Below are positions 51,252 through 64,000 of a stretch of DNA of 64,000 bases, piece by piece. Below the pieces are notes generated by a model. That model had not been told where the DNA came from. It ran no database searches and saw only the letters and a list, made by a program, of their open reading frames with translations. Within the stretch, counting starts at the first letter, position 1. Every line of letters begins with the position of its first letter. Location of the stretch: contig OX597837.1 in the NCBI GenBank assembly GCA_951406725.2, positions 28,086,001-28,150,000 on the forward strand. The letters are read 5' to 3'. Made by a program: the position numbers and the translations under genes. The DNA comes from Octopus vulgaris (lineage: Eukaryota).

Positions 51252-51549
51252 ATACGTGTCTGCGTATATATATATATATATATATATATGAGAGCGAGAT
51301 GTATAGGTGCAGACATGGCTACGTGGTTAGCAAGTTCACTTTGGAACTAAGTAGGTCAGGGGTCAGCTCCAGTGCGCAGTATTTTGGGCAAGTGTCTTCT
51401 ACGATATCTTTCGAGTTGACAAATGCCTTGTGAGCGAATTTGATAGACAAAAATTGTGTGGAAGCCTGTTATACATCCAATCATATACACACACATACAT
51501 ATACATCTAAACATATGCATACACATACAGGTACACAAACATAGACACA

Positions 51550-51592
<43 letters not shown>

Positions 51593-51782
51593 GGAGTGCT
51601 TCCATTATACCTACCACCTCCTACACCCAGATGCTTGGATGTCTCCCCCTTTCAACATGCTTCACTGTCTCTCTGTTGTCCTGTTTCTAACCCTTTGGCA
51701 TATTCATCCTGGATTTAACGATATTTTCCTCACCTGTGAAGCCCTAAGACCATATTCTGTCAATCTATTTGTTCCTTTGGAG

Positions 51783-52750
51783 AAGGCGGCGAGCTGGCAG
51801 AAACGTTAGCATGTCGGGCGAAATGCTTTGCCGTATTTCGTCTGTCGCTACGTTCGAAGTTCAAATTCCGCCGAGGTCGACTTTGCCTTTCATCCTTTCG
51901 GGGTCGATAAATTAAGTACCAGTTACGCACTGGGTTCGATGTAATCGACTTAATCCCTTTGTCTGTCCTTGTTTGTCCCCTCTGTGTTTAGCCCCTTGTG
52001 GGTAGTAAAGAAATAGGCATTTCGTCTGCCGTTACGTTCTGAGTTCAAATTCCGCCGAGGTCGACTTTACCTTTCATCCTTTCGGGGTCGATAAATTAAG
52101 TACCAGTTACGCACTGGGTTCGATGTAATCGACTTAATCCCTTTGTCCGTCCTTGTTTGTCCCCTCTATGTTTAGCCCCTTGTGGGCAATAAAGAAATAG
52201 GTATTTCGTCTGCCACTACGTTCTGAGTTCAAATTCCGCCGAGGTCGACTTTGCCTTTCATCCTTTCGGGGTCGATAAATTAAGTACCAGTTACGCACTG
52301 GGTTCGATGTAATCGACTTAATCCCTTTGTCCGTCCTTGTTTGTCTCCTCTGAGTTTAGCCCCTTGTGGGTAATAAAGAAATAGGTATTTGGTCTGCCAC
52401 TACGTTCTGAGTTCAAATTCCGCCGAGGTCGACTTTACCTTTCATCCTTTCGGGGTCGATAAATTAAGTACCAGTTACGCACTGGGTTCGATGTAATCGA
52501 CTTAATCCGTTTGTCCGTCCTTGTTTGTCCCCTCTGTGTTTAGCCCCTTGTGGGCAATAAAGAAATAGGTATTTCGTCTGCCGCTACGTTCTGAGTTCAA
52601 ATTCCGCCGAGGTCGACTTATCTTTCATCCTTTCGGGGTCGATAAATTAAGTACCAGTTACGCACTGGGTTCGATGTAATCGACTTAATCCCTTTGTCTG
52701 TCCTTGTTTGTCCCCTCCGTGTTTGGCCCTTTGTGGGTAGTAAAGAAATA
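51783..52750 (+). mobile_element. SINE family B with five tandem 184-bp units (duplicate from 63263 to window end)
   Basis: Unit starts at 51836, 52020, 52204, 52388, 52572. Confidence 0.9.
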
Positions 52751-52861
52751 TATTTGTTTGTTTGGATGTTCACACTTCGTCTAGTTTGTTTTCGTATTTG
52801 TCCCCGCGTCCGTCCATTAACAGTCTCATCCTGAATCGCATTTATTTCATGTTTGTATGCA

Positions 52862-53272
52862 TAGGTGCAGGAGTGGCTGTGTGGTAAGTAGCTTGTTTAC
52901 CAACCACATGGTTCCGGGTTCAGTCCACTGCGTGGCACCTTGGGCAAGTGTCTTCTGCTATAGCCCCGGGCCGACCAAAGCCTTGTGAGTGGATTTGGTA
53001 GACGGAAACTGAAAGAAGCCCGTCGTATATATGTATATATATATATGTATGTGTGTGTGTTTGTGTGTCTGTGTTTGTCCCTCTAGCATTGCTTGACAAC
53101 CGATGCTGGTGTGTTTACGTCCCCGTCACTTAGCAGTCCGGCAAAAGAGACCAATAGAATAAGTACTGGGCTTACAAAGAATAATAAGTCCCGGGGTCGA
53201 TTTGCTCGACTAAAGGCGGTGCCCCAGCATGGCCACAGTCATATGACTGAAACAAGTAAAAGAGTAAAAGAG
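52862..53272 (+). mobile_element. SINE family A, full length
   Basis: Family similarity. Confidence 0.88.
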
Positions 53273-53493
53273 ATATTTGTTTATTTCCTGTTGTTTGTTC
53301 ACTTCCATGTCCTGTTTGGTCTCTTGTTCGTTAGCTCGCCATTTCCCGGTGGCTTTTTGCTGCCGGCGCCACAAAGGGGAACAATATCATTGTTGATGGC
53401 GCGAAATTGCGCTTATACCCTCTGACTAATAACTGATGAAGAATTGACACACACACATACATACATACATACACATATATACATACAAACACA

Positions 53494-53553
<60 letters not shown>

Positions 53554-53650
53554 GTTAATCCAAACAAGAAAACACAGAAAAAAACACAGCAACGCGAGGA
53601 CGTGGAACAATTAAAGTATTATTTGACGCTCAGGAAAGAAGGGAAGGAGG

Positions 53651-53685
53651 GTTTAACGTTTCGAGCGGAGCTCTTCGTCGGAAAC
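53651..53685 (-). ncRNA. Minimal type I hammerhead ribozyme, U4C core variant, inside a Penelope-like short element (~53550-53730)
   Basis: gttt-CCGACGA-A-GAGC-tcc-GCTC-GAAAC-GT-T-aaac: stem I gttt/aaac, stem II GAGC/GCTC, palindromic ACGT stem III, GUU triplet; downstream ttcctgagcgt shared with the 7023 and 29370 elements. Confidence 0.65.
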
Positions 53686-53765
53686 AAAGATAAGGAAAGA
53701 TCCCAAGAAGGGAAGACAGAGGAAAAAAATATATTTGCTGGTGGTGCTCAAGAGATCACATGTTG

Positions 53766-53821
<56 letters not shown>

Positions 53822-54619
53822 TTGTGTGTATATTTTTATGTGTGTTTATGTATGTATATATATTCTTTAATCGGTTTCGGTCGTATGGTCATATTGTTTT
53901 GATAACCAATTCAACTTATTTTTTACACGTTAACATCTCCTCCAAACATTTGTCTGAATCATGTTTGGGTGTAGAATTGGCGAGTGGCGCCTTTTCAGAT
54001 AATTTCATTTCGTACATACATAAAACACACAACTGGCACTCCGTCGGTTACAACGACGAGGGTTCCAGTTGGTCCGATCAACGGAAGAGCCTTAATGTAG
54101 TTCTCACGGAAATTCAGCCTGACACAGAATGTGACAGGTTTGGCCCTTTGAAATACAGCTACACGTTATTTTTGCCAGTGAAAAGGACTAGCGTAACGTG
54201 AAATAAAGCGCCTTATTCAAAGACACAACACGCTGCTTGGAATTGAACGTACGATCGGAAATCGAAGACCCTAACCACTAAGCCACGTGCCTTCATACAT
54301 ATATATCTCGGTGCAGATGTCGCTGTGTGGTAAGAAACTTGCTTTCTAACCACTCGGTTTCAGGTTCAGTCTCACAGCGTGGCACCTTAGGTAAGTGCGT
54401 TCTATAATAGCCTCGCACCGACTGAAGCCTTGTAAGTGGATTTGATAGACGGGAACTGACAGCAGGCCGTCGTATATACATAAATATGTGCGTGTCTATG
54501 TGTGTGTGTGTCTGTTTTTGTCATTGTCCTCCACCCACGGCACCTCTTGACAACTGGTGTTGGTGAGTTTACGTCCCCGTAACTTAGCGGCTCGGCAAAA
54601 GACACCGGTAGAATAAATA

Positions 54620-54730
54620 TCAGGCTTGATATTGGCTGGTCGAAGTGGTGGCTTCTTTCTTGCTGCTCTGCCATCGTAGCCAAGTTTGTGGAGATACTTG
54701 ACAGCTGTTTCTGGGACTGACATCAACTTG
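54620..54730 (-). pseudogene. Tc1-like transposase fragment
   Basis: SVPETAVKYLHKLGYDGRAARKKPPLRPANIK matches the Tc1 second HTH / ARKKPLL linker. Confidence 0.7.
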
Positions 54731-54901
54731 TTCTGCTATGAAATAAAGAGTATCCTCCACACTTCTCTTAACATAGCGAAGGGTTCTGTCAGAGGGCCCT
54801 ACGATGTGAAGTGAATAATTTCCCGTCTGGTGAATTGCATAATCACTCTATTAACTGTAGAAAGTGGGTCCCAAGAGTTTCTCCGATTTTACGCGAAGTC
54901 C

Positions 54902-55327
54902 ACTTTGAGATTGACTCACAATACGGTAACTTTGAGATTGACTCACAATACGGTAACTTTGAAATTGACTCACAATACGGTAACTTTGAGATTGACTCAC
55001 AATACGGTAACTTTGAGATTGACTCACAATACGGTAACTTTGAGATTGACTCACAATACGGTAACTTTGAGATTGACTCACAATACGGTAACTTTGAGAT
55101 TGACTCACAATACGGTAACTTTGAGATTGACTCACAATACGGTAACTTTGAAATTGACTCACAATACGGTAACTTTGAGATTGACTCACAATACGGTAAC
55201 TTTGAGATTGACTCACAATACGGTAACTTTGAGATTGACTCACAATACGGTAACTTTGAGATTGACTCACAATACGGTAACTTTGAGATTGACTCACAAT
55301 ACGGTAACTTTGAAATTGACTCACAAT
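54902..55327. repeat. 27-bp minisatellite actttgagattgactcacaatacggta, at least 16 units (last one partial), truncated by the gap
   Basis: Perfect head-to-tail units; G-to-A variant in units 3, 10 and 16. Confidence 0.97.
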
Positions 55328-55427
55328 NNNNNNNNNNNNNNNNNNNNNNNNNNNNNNNNNNNNNNNNNNNNNNNNNNNNNNNNNNNNNNNNNNNNNNNNN
55401 NNNNNNNNNNNNNNNNNNNNNNNNNNN
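55328..55427. other. Assembly gap (100 N)
   Basis: Direct reading. Confidence 0.99.
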
Positions 55428-56816
55428 AATGATGAGACCTGGTCCCTACAGATCCCGTCTACCCCATGTCTTGGTCTTAACTGAAGACGAATCGTGTGTG
55501 TAAGAGGGACACTGTCAAGCAATATCTATTTCTTTATTGCCCACAAGTGGTTAAATATAGAGGGGACAGATAAACGGATTTTGTCGATTACATCGACCCC
55601 AGTGCGTAACTGGTACTTATTTAATCGACCCCGAAAGGATGAAAGGCAAAGTCGACCTCGGCAGAATTTGAACTCAGAACGTAGCAGCAGATGAAATACC
55701 TATTTCTTTACTACCCACAAGGGGCTAAACACAGAGAGGGCAAACAAGGACAGACAAACGGATTAAGTCGATTATATCGACCCCTTTCGGAGTCGATTAA
55801 ATAAGTACTAGTTACGCACTGGGGTCGATGTAATCGACTTAATCCGTTTGTCTGTCAATGTTTGCCTTCTCTGTGGTTGGCCCCTTGTGGGTAGTAAAGA
55901 AATAGGTATTTCCTCTGCCGTTACGTTCTGAGTTCAAATTCCGCCGAGGTCGACTTTGCCTTTCATCCTTTCGGAGTCGATTAAATAAGTACCAGTTACG
56001 CACTGGGGCCGATATAATCGACTTAATCCGTTTGTCTGTCATTGCTTGCCCTCTCTGTATTTGGCCCCTTGTGGGTAGTAAAGAAATAGGTATTTCGTCT
56101 GCCGTTACGTTCTGAGTTCAAATTCCGCCGAGGTCGACTTTGTCTTTCATCCTTTCGGAGTCGATTAAATAAGTACCAGTTACGCACTGGGGTCGATATA
56201 ATCGGCTTAATCCGTTTGTCTGTCCTTGTTTGTCGAATGACTGAAACAAGCAAAAGAATAAAGGAATAAATGAGAAGAGGAGAGAGAGAGAGAGAGAGAT
56301 GTATTGGTATATTTGATTGGTAAACCTGTCAATCCATCGGTTTCTATTTAAATCCTTCTTTAAGGCTAAAGTAGGCCATTGTCATTCCTCTGTTCCATTT
56401 CCGTCTCATTGTTATTCCTCATCGTTTATTCACTTTCATCCTCTGTCATTATATCAGTCCAGAGAACGACAAATACTTTTGTTATTCCTGATCGTTTATT
56501 CAATTCAATTCCATTACATTGTTAATCCGGCAGCACACAATGTTACATATTTTCGCAGCTGCATCCTCTCTAGCTTGGAAGACTTCAAAGGTAGGCTTCA
56601 ATGCACATCAGCATCTATGTGAGTGTGTGTTTATGCGCCTGTACCTCTGTGTGTGCACGCTTCTGCCCTAACCGCTCTATGTGTGCCGGTGTGTTTGTAT
56701 GTACTCCATTTTGACTGTGACATTTGGCAGTATATATGTATATATATATATGTGTGTGTGTATATATGTGTGTGTGTGTATATATGTGTGTGTGTATATA
56801 TGTGTGTGTATATATA

Positions 56817-56847
<31 letters not shown>

Positions 56848-56986
56848 GTATATATATGTGTATATGTGTGTGTATATATATATGTGTGAGTGTGTGTATA
56901 TGTGTGTGTATATATATATGTGTGAGTGTGTATATATAACTGAGTATATATATGTGTATATATATATATGTGTGTATAAACATGTG

Positions 56987-57025
<39 letters not shown>

Positions 57026-57387
57026 TTCTAATATAGGATAACATTTTTTTCCCCAAAAAATTTCATCAAAGTGGCAGCATATTAAAATACCTTTAAGGGT
57101 GAAAATTATAAACAATTTATAAACAAGGGCAAAAGAAAAAAGATTTCTATGCCAATATGCTGAGAATAGACTTAAATTGTCAATCATCACAAATCTATTC
57201 TCAGCATATTGCATAGAAATCTTTTTTCTTTTGCCCTTGTTTATAAATTGTATGACTGTGGGTGTGTGGGTGTGGGTGTGTGTATATATATGTGTGTGTG
57301 CGTATATGTATGTGTGTGTATATATATATATGTATGTGTGTATATGTATGTGTGTATATATATATATATATATGTATGTGTGTATAT

Positions 57388-57431
<44 letters not shown>

Positions 57432-57740
57432 ATATGTATGTGTGTGTGTATATATATATATATGTATGTGCGTATATATATATGTATGTGTGTATATGTA
57501 TGTGCGTATATATATATGTATGTGTGTATATGTATGTGCGTATATATATATATGTATGTGTGTATATGTATGTGTGTATATATATATATATATATGTATG
57601 TGTGTATATGTATGTGTGTGTATATGTATGTGTGTGTATATGTATGTGTGTGTATATATATATATATGTGTATATATATATATATGTATGTGTGTGTATA
57701 TATATATATGTATGTGTGTATATATGTATGTGTATATATA

Positions 57741-57777
<37 letters not shown>

Positions 57778-57804
57778 GTGTATGTGCGTGTATATATATG
57801 TGTG

Positions 57805-57865
<61 letters not shown>

Positions 57866-58593
57866 GAGTAAATGTGTGCAATTTTCGTAGTTCCTATGTA
57901 GAGACACAACCAAAACTATGCATTATAAAGAACGAAACAGAGAGAATGAGAAACCGATAAACTAAGCGCACAACTATAAAACGTAGATACATCGGTGTAG
58001 TCCATGCGTTGATAATACACATAGAAATCTTTTACATGAAAACACTTTATATGTTCTTTTATAGACAACAGGGAATCGCTGTACACTACGTAACGAATGA
58101 TTATTTAAAGATGTTTTATGTACGAGTATTGTATGCATGGGCGAATGAATAGCAATGCTGAATTGGGAACAACGTCGTATTAGAATTTGCTCCCATTCAG
58201 CGGGACTTTGGGCAGGTTTATTCTATTTTGGACTAATATCTGGTGAGTGGAATTTTATAGATATTACTGTACAGGTCCCTTCGTGTATGTGTATACACAC
58301 TTATACACACAGAACCAATATTTTTATAATCAGCTCAGTGTGATATCACAGATATTGCCTATATATACTCCTTATTCTTTACTCTTTTACTTGTTTCTGT
58401 CATTTGACTGCGGCCATGCTGGAGCACCGCCTTTTAGTCGGGCAAATCGACCCCAGGACTTATTCTTTAAAAGCCTAGTACTTATTCTATCGGTCTCTTT
58501 TGCCGAACCGCTTTTGCCGAACGTAAACACACCAGCATCGGTTCTCAAGCGATGTTGGGGAGGGGGGAGGAGGAGACAAACACAGACGCACAA

Positions 58594-58632
<39 letters not shown>

Positions 58633-58756
58633 AAATATAATATAAATAATATATAAATATATGCATATATACATACATATATGTATTTACCTACATCTGT
58701 ATGTATATATACATGCATATATGGGTACATTGAACACAATGAGAAACGAAAAAACA

Positions 58757-58796
<40 letters not shown>

Positions 58797-59776
58797 GCAC
58801 ATATATACACGCGTACACATATATACAGACACATATACACAAATTGCGCGCGCGAGCACACACCCGTATCGTATATATATATATATATATATATACGTAG
58901 GAGTGGCTGTGTGGTAAGTAGCTTGCTAACCAACCACATGGTCCCGGGTTCAGTCCCATTGCGTGGCATCTTGGGCAAGTGTCTTCTGCTATAGCCCCGG
59001 GCCGACCAATGCCTTGTGAGTGGATTTGGTAGACGGAAACTGAAAGAAGCCTGTCGTATATATATATATATGTATGTGTGTGTTTGTGTGTCTGCTGTGT
59101 TTGTCCCCCTAGCATTGCTCGACAACCGATGCTGGTGTGTTTACGTCCCCGTCACCTAGCGGTTCGGCAAAAGAGTCCGATAGAATAAGTACTGGGCTTA
59201 CAAAGAATAAGTCCCGGGGTCGAATTGCTCGACTAAAGGCGGTGCTCCAGCATGGCCGCAGTCAAATGACTGAAACAAGTAAAAGAGTAAAAGAGTAAAG
59301 AGAGTATATATATATATATACATACGACGGGCTTCTTTCAGTTTCCGTCTACCAAATCCACTCACAAGGCTTTGGTCGGCCCGAGGCTGTAGTAGAAGAC
59401 ACTTGCCCAAGGACTCACGCAGTGGGACTGAACCCGGAACCATGTGGTTGGTAAGCAAGCTACTTACCACACAGCCACTCCTATGTTAAAGAAACATCAA
59501 ATTATCAAAAATAAATAAATAAATAAATAGATAAATAAATTTTGTTTTGCAAATGTTTGTGTGCACGCGCGCGCGCGCATCTATGTGCGTATAAGGCGTT
59601 GGTTATTTCCATATTGAACCACAACGGACATCTGTCTCGGTGCCAATAACGGGATGTTTTGGTGCTTTGAGATCAGCCAAATATAGAATTCCAATGGCCA
59701 TAGATTGCAGATGTCGCAGAACACATGCAACCCCGCGTCAATTGTGTATATGCGTCGGTGTATATGTGTGTGTGTG

Positions 59777-59807
<31 letters not shown>

Positions 59808-60757
59808 GTATATATATACACATATATATATATATGAGTGCGCGCACGTTTGTGTATATGTGTGTGTGCGCGCGCGTACGTTTGTGTATACGTGTGTGTG
59901 TGTGTGTGTGAGCGTTTGTGTATACGTGTGTGTGCGTGCGCGCGCGTTTGTGTATACGTGTGTGCGTATGCGCGCGTTGGTGTATACGTGTGTGTGTGTG
60001 TGTGCACGCGTTTGTGTATGTATGTGTATATATGTGTGCGCGTGTGTATATATGTGCGTGTGAGTGTACATGTGTAAGTATGTGTATATAGTGCATATAT
60101 ATGCATGTATATATGTGCATGTATATATGTGCATGTATATATGTGCGTATGTGTGTATATAACATATATAATATATATATATATATAAGTGCGCGTGTAT
60201 ATATGTGTGCATGTATACATGTATCTATCTATATATATATATATATATATGTGCATGTGTGTGTATTTATATTTGCGTATGTATATGCGTGTGTATACAT
60301 ATATAAAACAAATCCACCTTCGTACACAGAGACCACCTCATACGCAAACGCGATTACGTCGTAGTTCTCCCCATCCGACCCCCAACCCCGTCCCACTCCG
60401 AATTAAACGCATGCGTATACGTATATTCCAGAAAGCCAAGATTTATGTGAATGTCGCTGATAATTGAGATCCGGAAACTCAGACAAGCTGATGGGAATAA
60501 AATCGATACAAAAATATACACCCGGCGATCAAATAACGCTCGTTTTAATTTGCACACGCTCAAACGTATCGTTATGGAATTATGTAGCAATTGTAAACAT
60601 GTTGGCGCAGGAGTGGCTGTGTGGTAAGTAGCTTGCTTACCAACCACATGGTTCCGGGTTCAGTCCCACTGCGTGGCACCTTGGACAAGTGTTTTCTACT
60701 ATGGCCTCGGGCCGACCAAAAGCCTTGAGTGGATTTGGAAACTGGATGAAGTCCATC

Positions 60758-60796
<39 letters not shown>

Positions 60797-63029
60797 ATAT
60801 TTCTTTATTGCCCACAAGGGGCTAAACACAGAGGGGACAAACAAGGACAGACAAACGGATTAAGTCGATTACATCGACCCCAGTGCGTAACTGGTACTTA
60901 ATTTATCGACCCCGAAAGGATGAAAGGTAAAGTCAACCTCGGCGGAATTTGAACTCAGAACGCAATGCCAGATGAAACACGGCTACGCATTTCGCCCGGC
61001 GTGCTAACGTTCCTGCCATATATATATTAGAGGGAAACCACTATATGGATACCCATATGCTAGAAATATATCCGCTACGGTCTCACCACTAAGAAATGTT
61101 CTCAAGAAAAATTTAGCAAAACAACCAAAACGTAATTGAGTGGGTGTCCACATAGTGGATTCCCTCTAATACAATTTTACTGAACCTTCAGTTTTTTTTA
61201 TGCTAGACCACTGGTGTGAAATCGATGTTAATTAAATTAATATCTAATTTCTCACCATCATTTTAAATTTATATATATATATATATGTTTGTGTGTCTGT
61301 ATTTTTCCCCCCGACATCGCTTGACAACCGATGCTGGTGTGTTTACGTCCCCGTAACTTAGCGGTTCAGCAAAAGAGACCGATAGAATAAGTATTAAGCT
61401 TACAAAGAATAAGTCCTGGGGTCGATTTGCTCGACTGAAGGCGGTGCTCCAGCATGGCCGCAGTCAAATGACTTATTCTATCGGTCTCTTTTGCCGAACC
61501 GCTAAATTATGGGGACGTATACACACTACCATCGGTTGTCAAGCGATGTTGGGGGGACAAAATACAGACACACAAACATGTATATATACATATATACGAC
61601 GGGCTTCTTTCAGTTTCCGTCTACCAAATCCACTCACAAGGCTTTGGTCAGCCCGAGGCTATAGTGGAAGACACTTGCTCAAGGTGCCACGCAGTGGGAA
61701 TGGACCCGGAACCATGTGGTTGGTAAGCCAAGCTACTTACCACACAGACACTCTGTCTGTGTTTGTCTGTGTATACGTCCCCATAATTTAGCGGTTCGGC
61801 AAAATAGACCGATAGAATAAGTACTAGGCTTACAAAGAATAAGTCCTGGGGTCGATTTGCTCGACTAAAGGCGGTGCTCCAGCATGGCCACAAGTCAAAT
61901 GACTGAAACAAGTAAAAGAGAGTAACACAAAACTTTGGACATTGAACTCCAACTCTTTCATTAAGTTTCTGCTGATAACTTCACCGTTTCTTTCTCTTAC
62001 ATTGGTCTCTGAACAGCTGAAACGCTGTGCGACCCACATAATCTGACCACCACGGCGCAAACGCTAAAACTCTGTCGTCATTCCAACACTACAATCGAAA
62101 AGAATGAACAACGGATACGTACTCCATACACTCACACACATTTGGTGTCAGTATTCGTTTCTCAATCTCCACACATGACTTCAGCATTGCTTCAAAGATT
62201 AATACATATGTAATCCTATTGTTTTCAATATTGTACGCTTTCTCCTTTTACATAATATTACTTTTGTATTAGAAGGTATCGTGACTTGGTTCACGTTTTA
62301 TGATTACATATCTACCTGTCTGCCGTTCTATATACGTGTCTTCGTGGAGGCGCAATGGCCCAGTGGTTAGGGCAGCGGACTCGCGGTCATAGGATCGCGG
62401 TTTCGATTCCCAGACCAGGCGTTGTAAGTGTTTATTGAGCGAAAACACCTAAAGCTCCACGAGGCTCCGGCAGGGGATGGTGGTGATCCCTGCTGTACTC
62501 TTTCACCACAACTTTCTCTCACTCTTACTTCCTGTTTCTGATGTATCTGTATTTCAAAAGGGCCGGCCTTGTCACTCTCTGTGTCACGCTGAATATCCCC
62601 GAAGAACTACGTTAAGGGCACACGTGTCTGTGGAGTGCTCAGCCACTTACACGTTAATTTCACGAGCAGGCTGTTCCGTTGATCGGATCAACCGGAACCC
62701 TCATCGTCGTTACCGACGGAGTGCTTCCACCATACGTGTCTGCGTATATATATATATATATATATATATGAGAGCGAGATGTATAGGTGCAGACATGGCT
62801 ACGTGGTTAGCAAGTTCACTTTGGAACTAAGTAGGTCAGGGGTCAGCTCCAGTGCGCAGTATTTTGGGCAAGTGTCTTCTACGATATCTTTCGAGTTGAC
62901 AAATGCCTTGTGAGCGAATTTGATAGACAAAAATTGTGTGGAAGCCTGTTATACATCCAATCATATACACACACATACATATACATCTAAACATATGCAT
63001 ACACATACAGGTACACAAACATAGACACA

Positions 63030-63072
<43 letters not shown>

Positions 63073-64000
63073 GGAGTGCTTCCATTATACCTACCACCTC
63101 CTACACCCAGATGCTTGGATGTCTCCCCTTTCAACATGCTTCACTGTCTCTCTGTTGTCCTGTTTCTAACCCTTTGGCATATTCATCCTGGATTTAACGA
63201 TATTTTCCTCACCTGTGAAGCCCTAAGACCATATTCTGTCAATCTATTTGTTCCTTTGGAGAAGGCGGCGAGCTGGCAGAAACGTTAGCATGTCGGGCGA
63301 AATGCTTTGCCGTATTTCGTCTGTCGCTACGTTCGAAGTTCAAATTCCGCCGAGGTCGACTTTGCCTTTCATCCTTTCGGGGTCGATAAATTAAGTACCA
63401 GTTACGCACTGGGTTCGATGTAATCGACTTAATCCCTTTGTCTGTCCTTGTTTGTCCCCTCTGTGTTTAGCCCCTTGTGGGTAGTAAAGAAATAGGCATT
63501 TCGTCTGCCGTTACGTTCTGAGTTCAAATTCCGCCGAGGTCGACTTTACCTTTCATCCTTTCGGGGTCGATAAATTAAGTACCAGTTACGCACTGGGTTC
63601 GATGTAATCGACTTAATCCCTTTGTCCGTCCTTGTTTGTCCCCTCTATGTTTAGCCCCTTGTGGGCAATAAAGAAATAGGTATTTCGTCTGCCACTACGT
63701 TCTGAGTTCAAATTCCGCCGAGGTCGACTTTGCCTTTCATCCTTTCGGGGTCGATAAATTAAGTACCAGTTACGCACTGGGTTCGATGTAATCGACTTAA
63801 TCCCTTTGTCCGTCCTTGTTTGTCTCCTCTGAGTTTAGCCCCTTGTGGGTAATAAAGAAATAGGTATTTGGTCTGCCACTACGTTCTGAGTTCAAATTCC
63901 GCCGAGGTCGACTTTACCTTTCATCCTTTCGGGGTCGATAAATTAAGTACCAGTTACGCACTGGGTTCGATGTAATCGACTTAATCCGTTTGTCCGTCCT
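55428..64000 (+). repeat. Copy 2 of the large direct duplication (alternative haplotype or recent segmental duplicate)
   Basis: Begins exactly at the gap edge; differs from copy 1 by microsatellite lengths, scattered SNPs and a few structural changes. Confidence 0.95.
58155..58242 (+). CDS. Duplicate of the candidate signal-peptide exon
   Basis: Same peptide and splice signals as 46324-46411. Confidence 0.3.

Larger units (their letters stand above)
43699..52521 (+). repeat. Copy 1 of a large direct duplication
   Basis: Collinear and near-identical to 55428-64000, starting at aatgatgagacctggtccc. Confidence 0.95.

Noticed and set aside
54811-55503. ORF with (FEIDSQYGN)n repeats, or a CRISPR-like array
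   Set aside because: The 27-bp unit lacks stops in several frames by chance; there are no spacers or splice/codon evidence, and the ORF runs through Ns

Overview
Eukaryotic, AT-rich, repeat-saturated animal DNA. The SINE families and dense (CA)n/(TA)n/(AAT)n microsatellites suggest a cephalopod (Octopus-like) genome; that assignment is inference. Almost all ORFs in the supplied track are microsatellite or SINE artefacts. The only well-supported host gene piece is the first coding exon of a universal-stress-protein (USP)-domain gene on the minus strand (1496-1421), which is missing from the ORF track. A weaker candidate is a signal-peptide-like exon on the plus strand (46324-46411, duplicated at 58155-58242). 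The rest comprises at least four tRNA-related SINE families (one forms 184-bp internal tandem arrays), non-autonomous Helitrons, mariner/Tc1/hAT relics and MITEs, RTE/CR1/Tx1-type LINE fragments, Penelope-like remnants, a full-length diverged U6 snRNA copy, a 27-bp minisatellite with an AP-1 motif in every unit, a 100-N gap, and an ~8.6-8.8 kb block repeated on both sides of that gap. The most notable signal is a set of short Penelope-like elements carrying minimal hammerhead-ribozyme folds with non-canonical cores (CUGUAGA in two copies, CCGACGA in a third) and a compensatory change in stem I. Repeat boundaries were read by eye and are approximate unless TSDs or TIRs are quoted.
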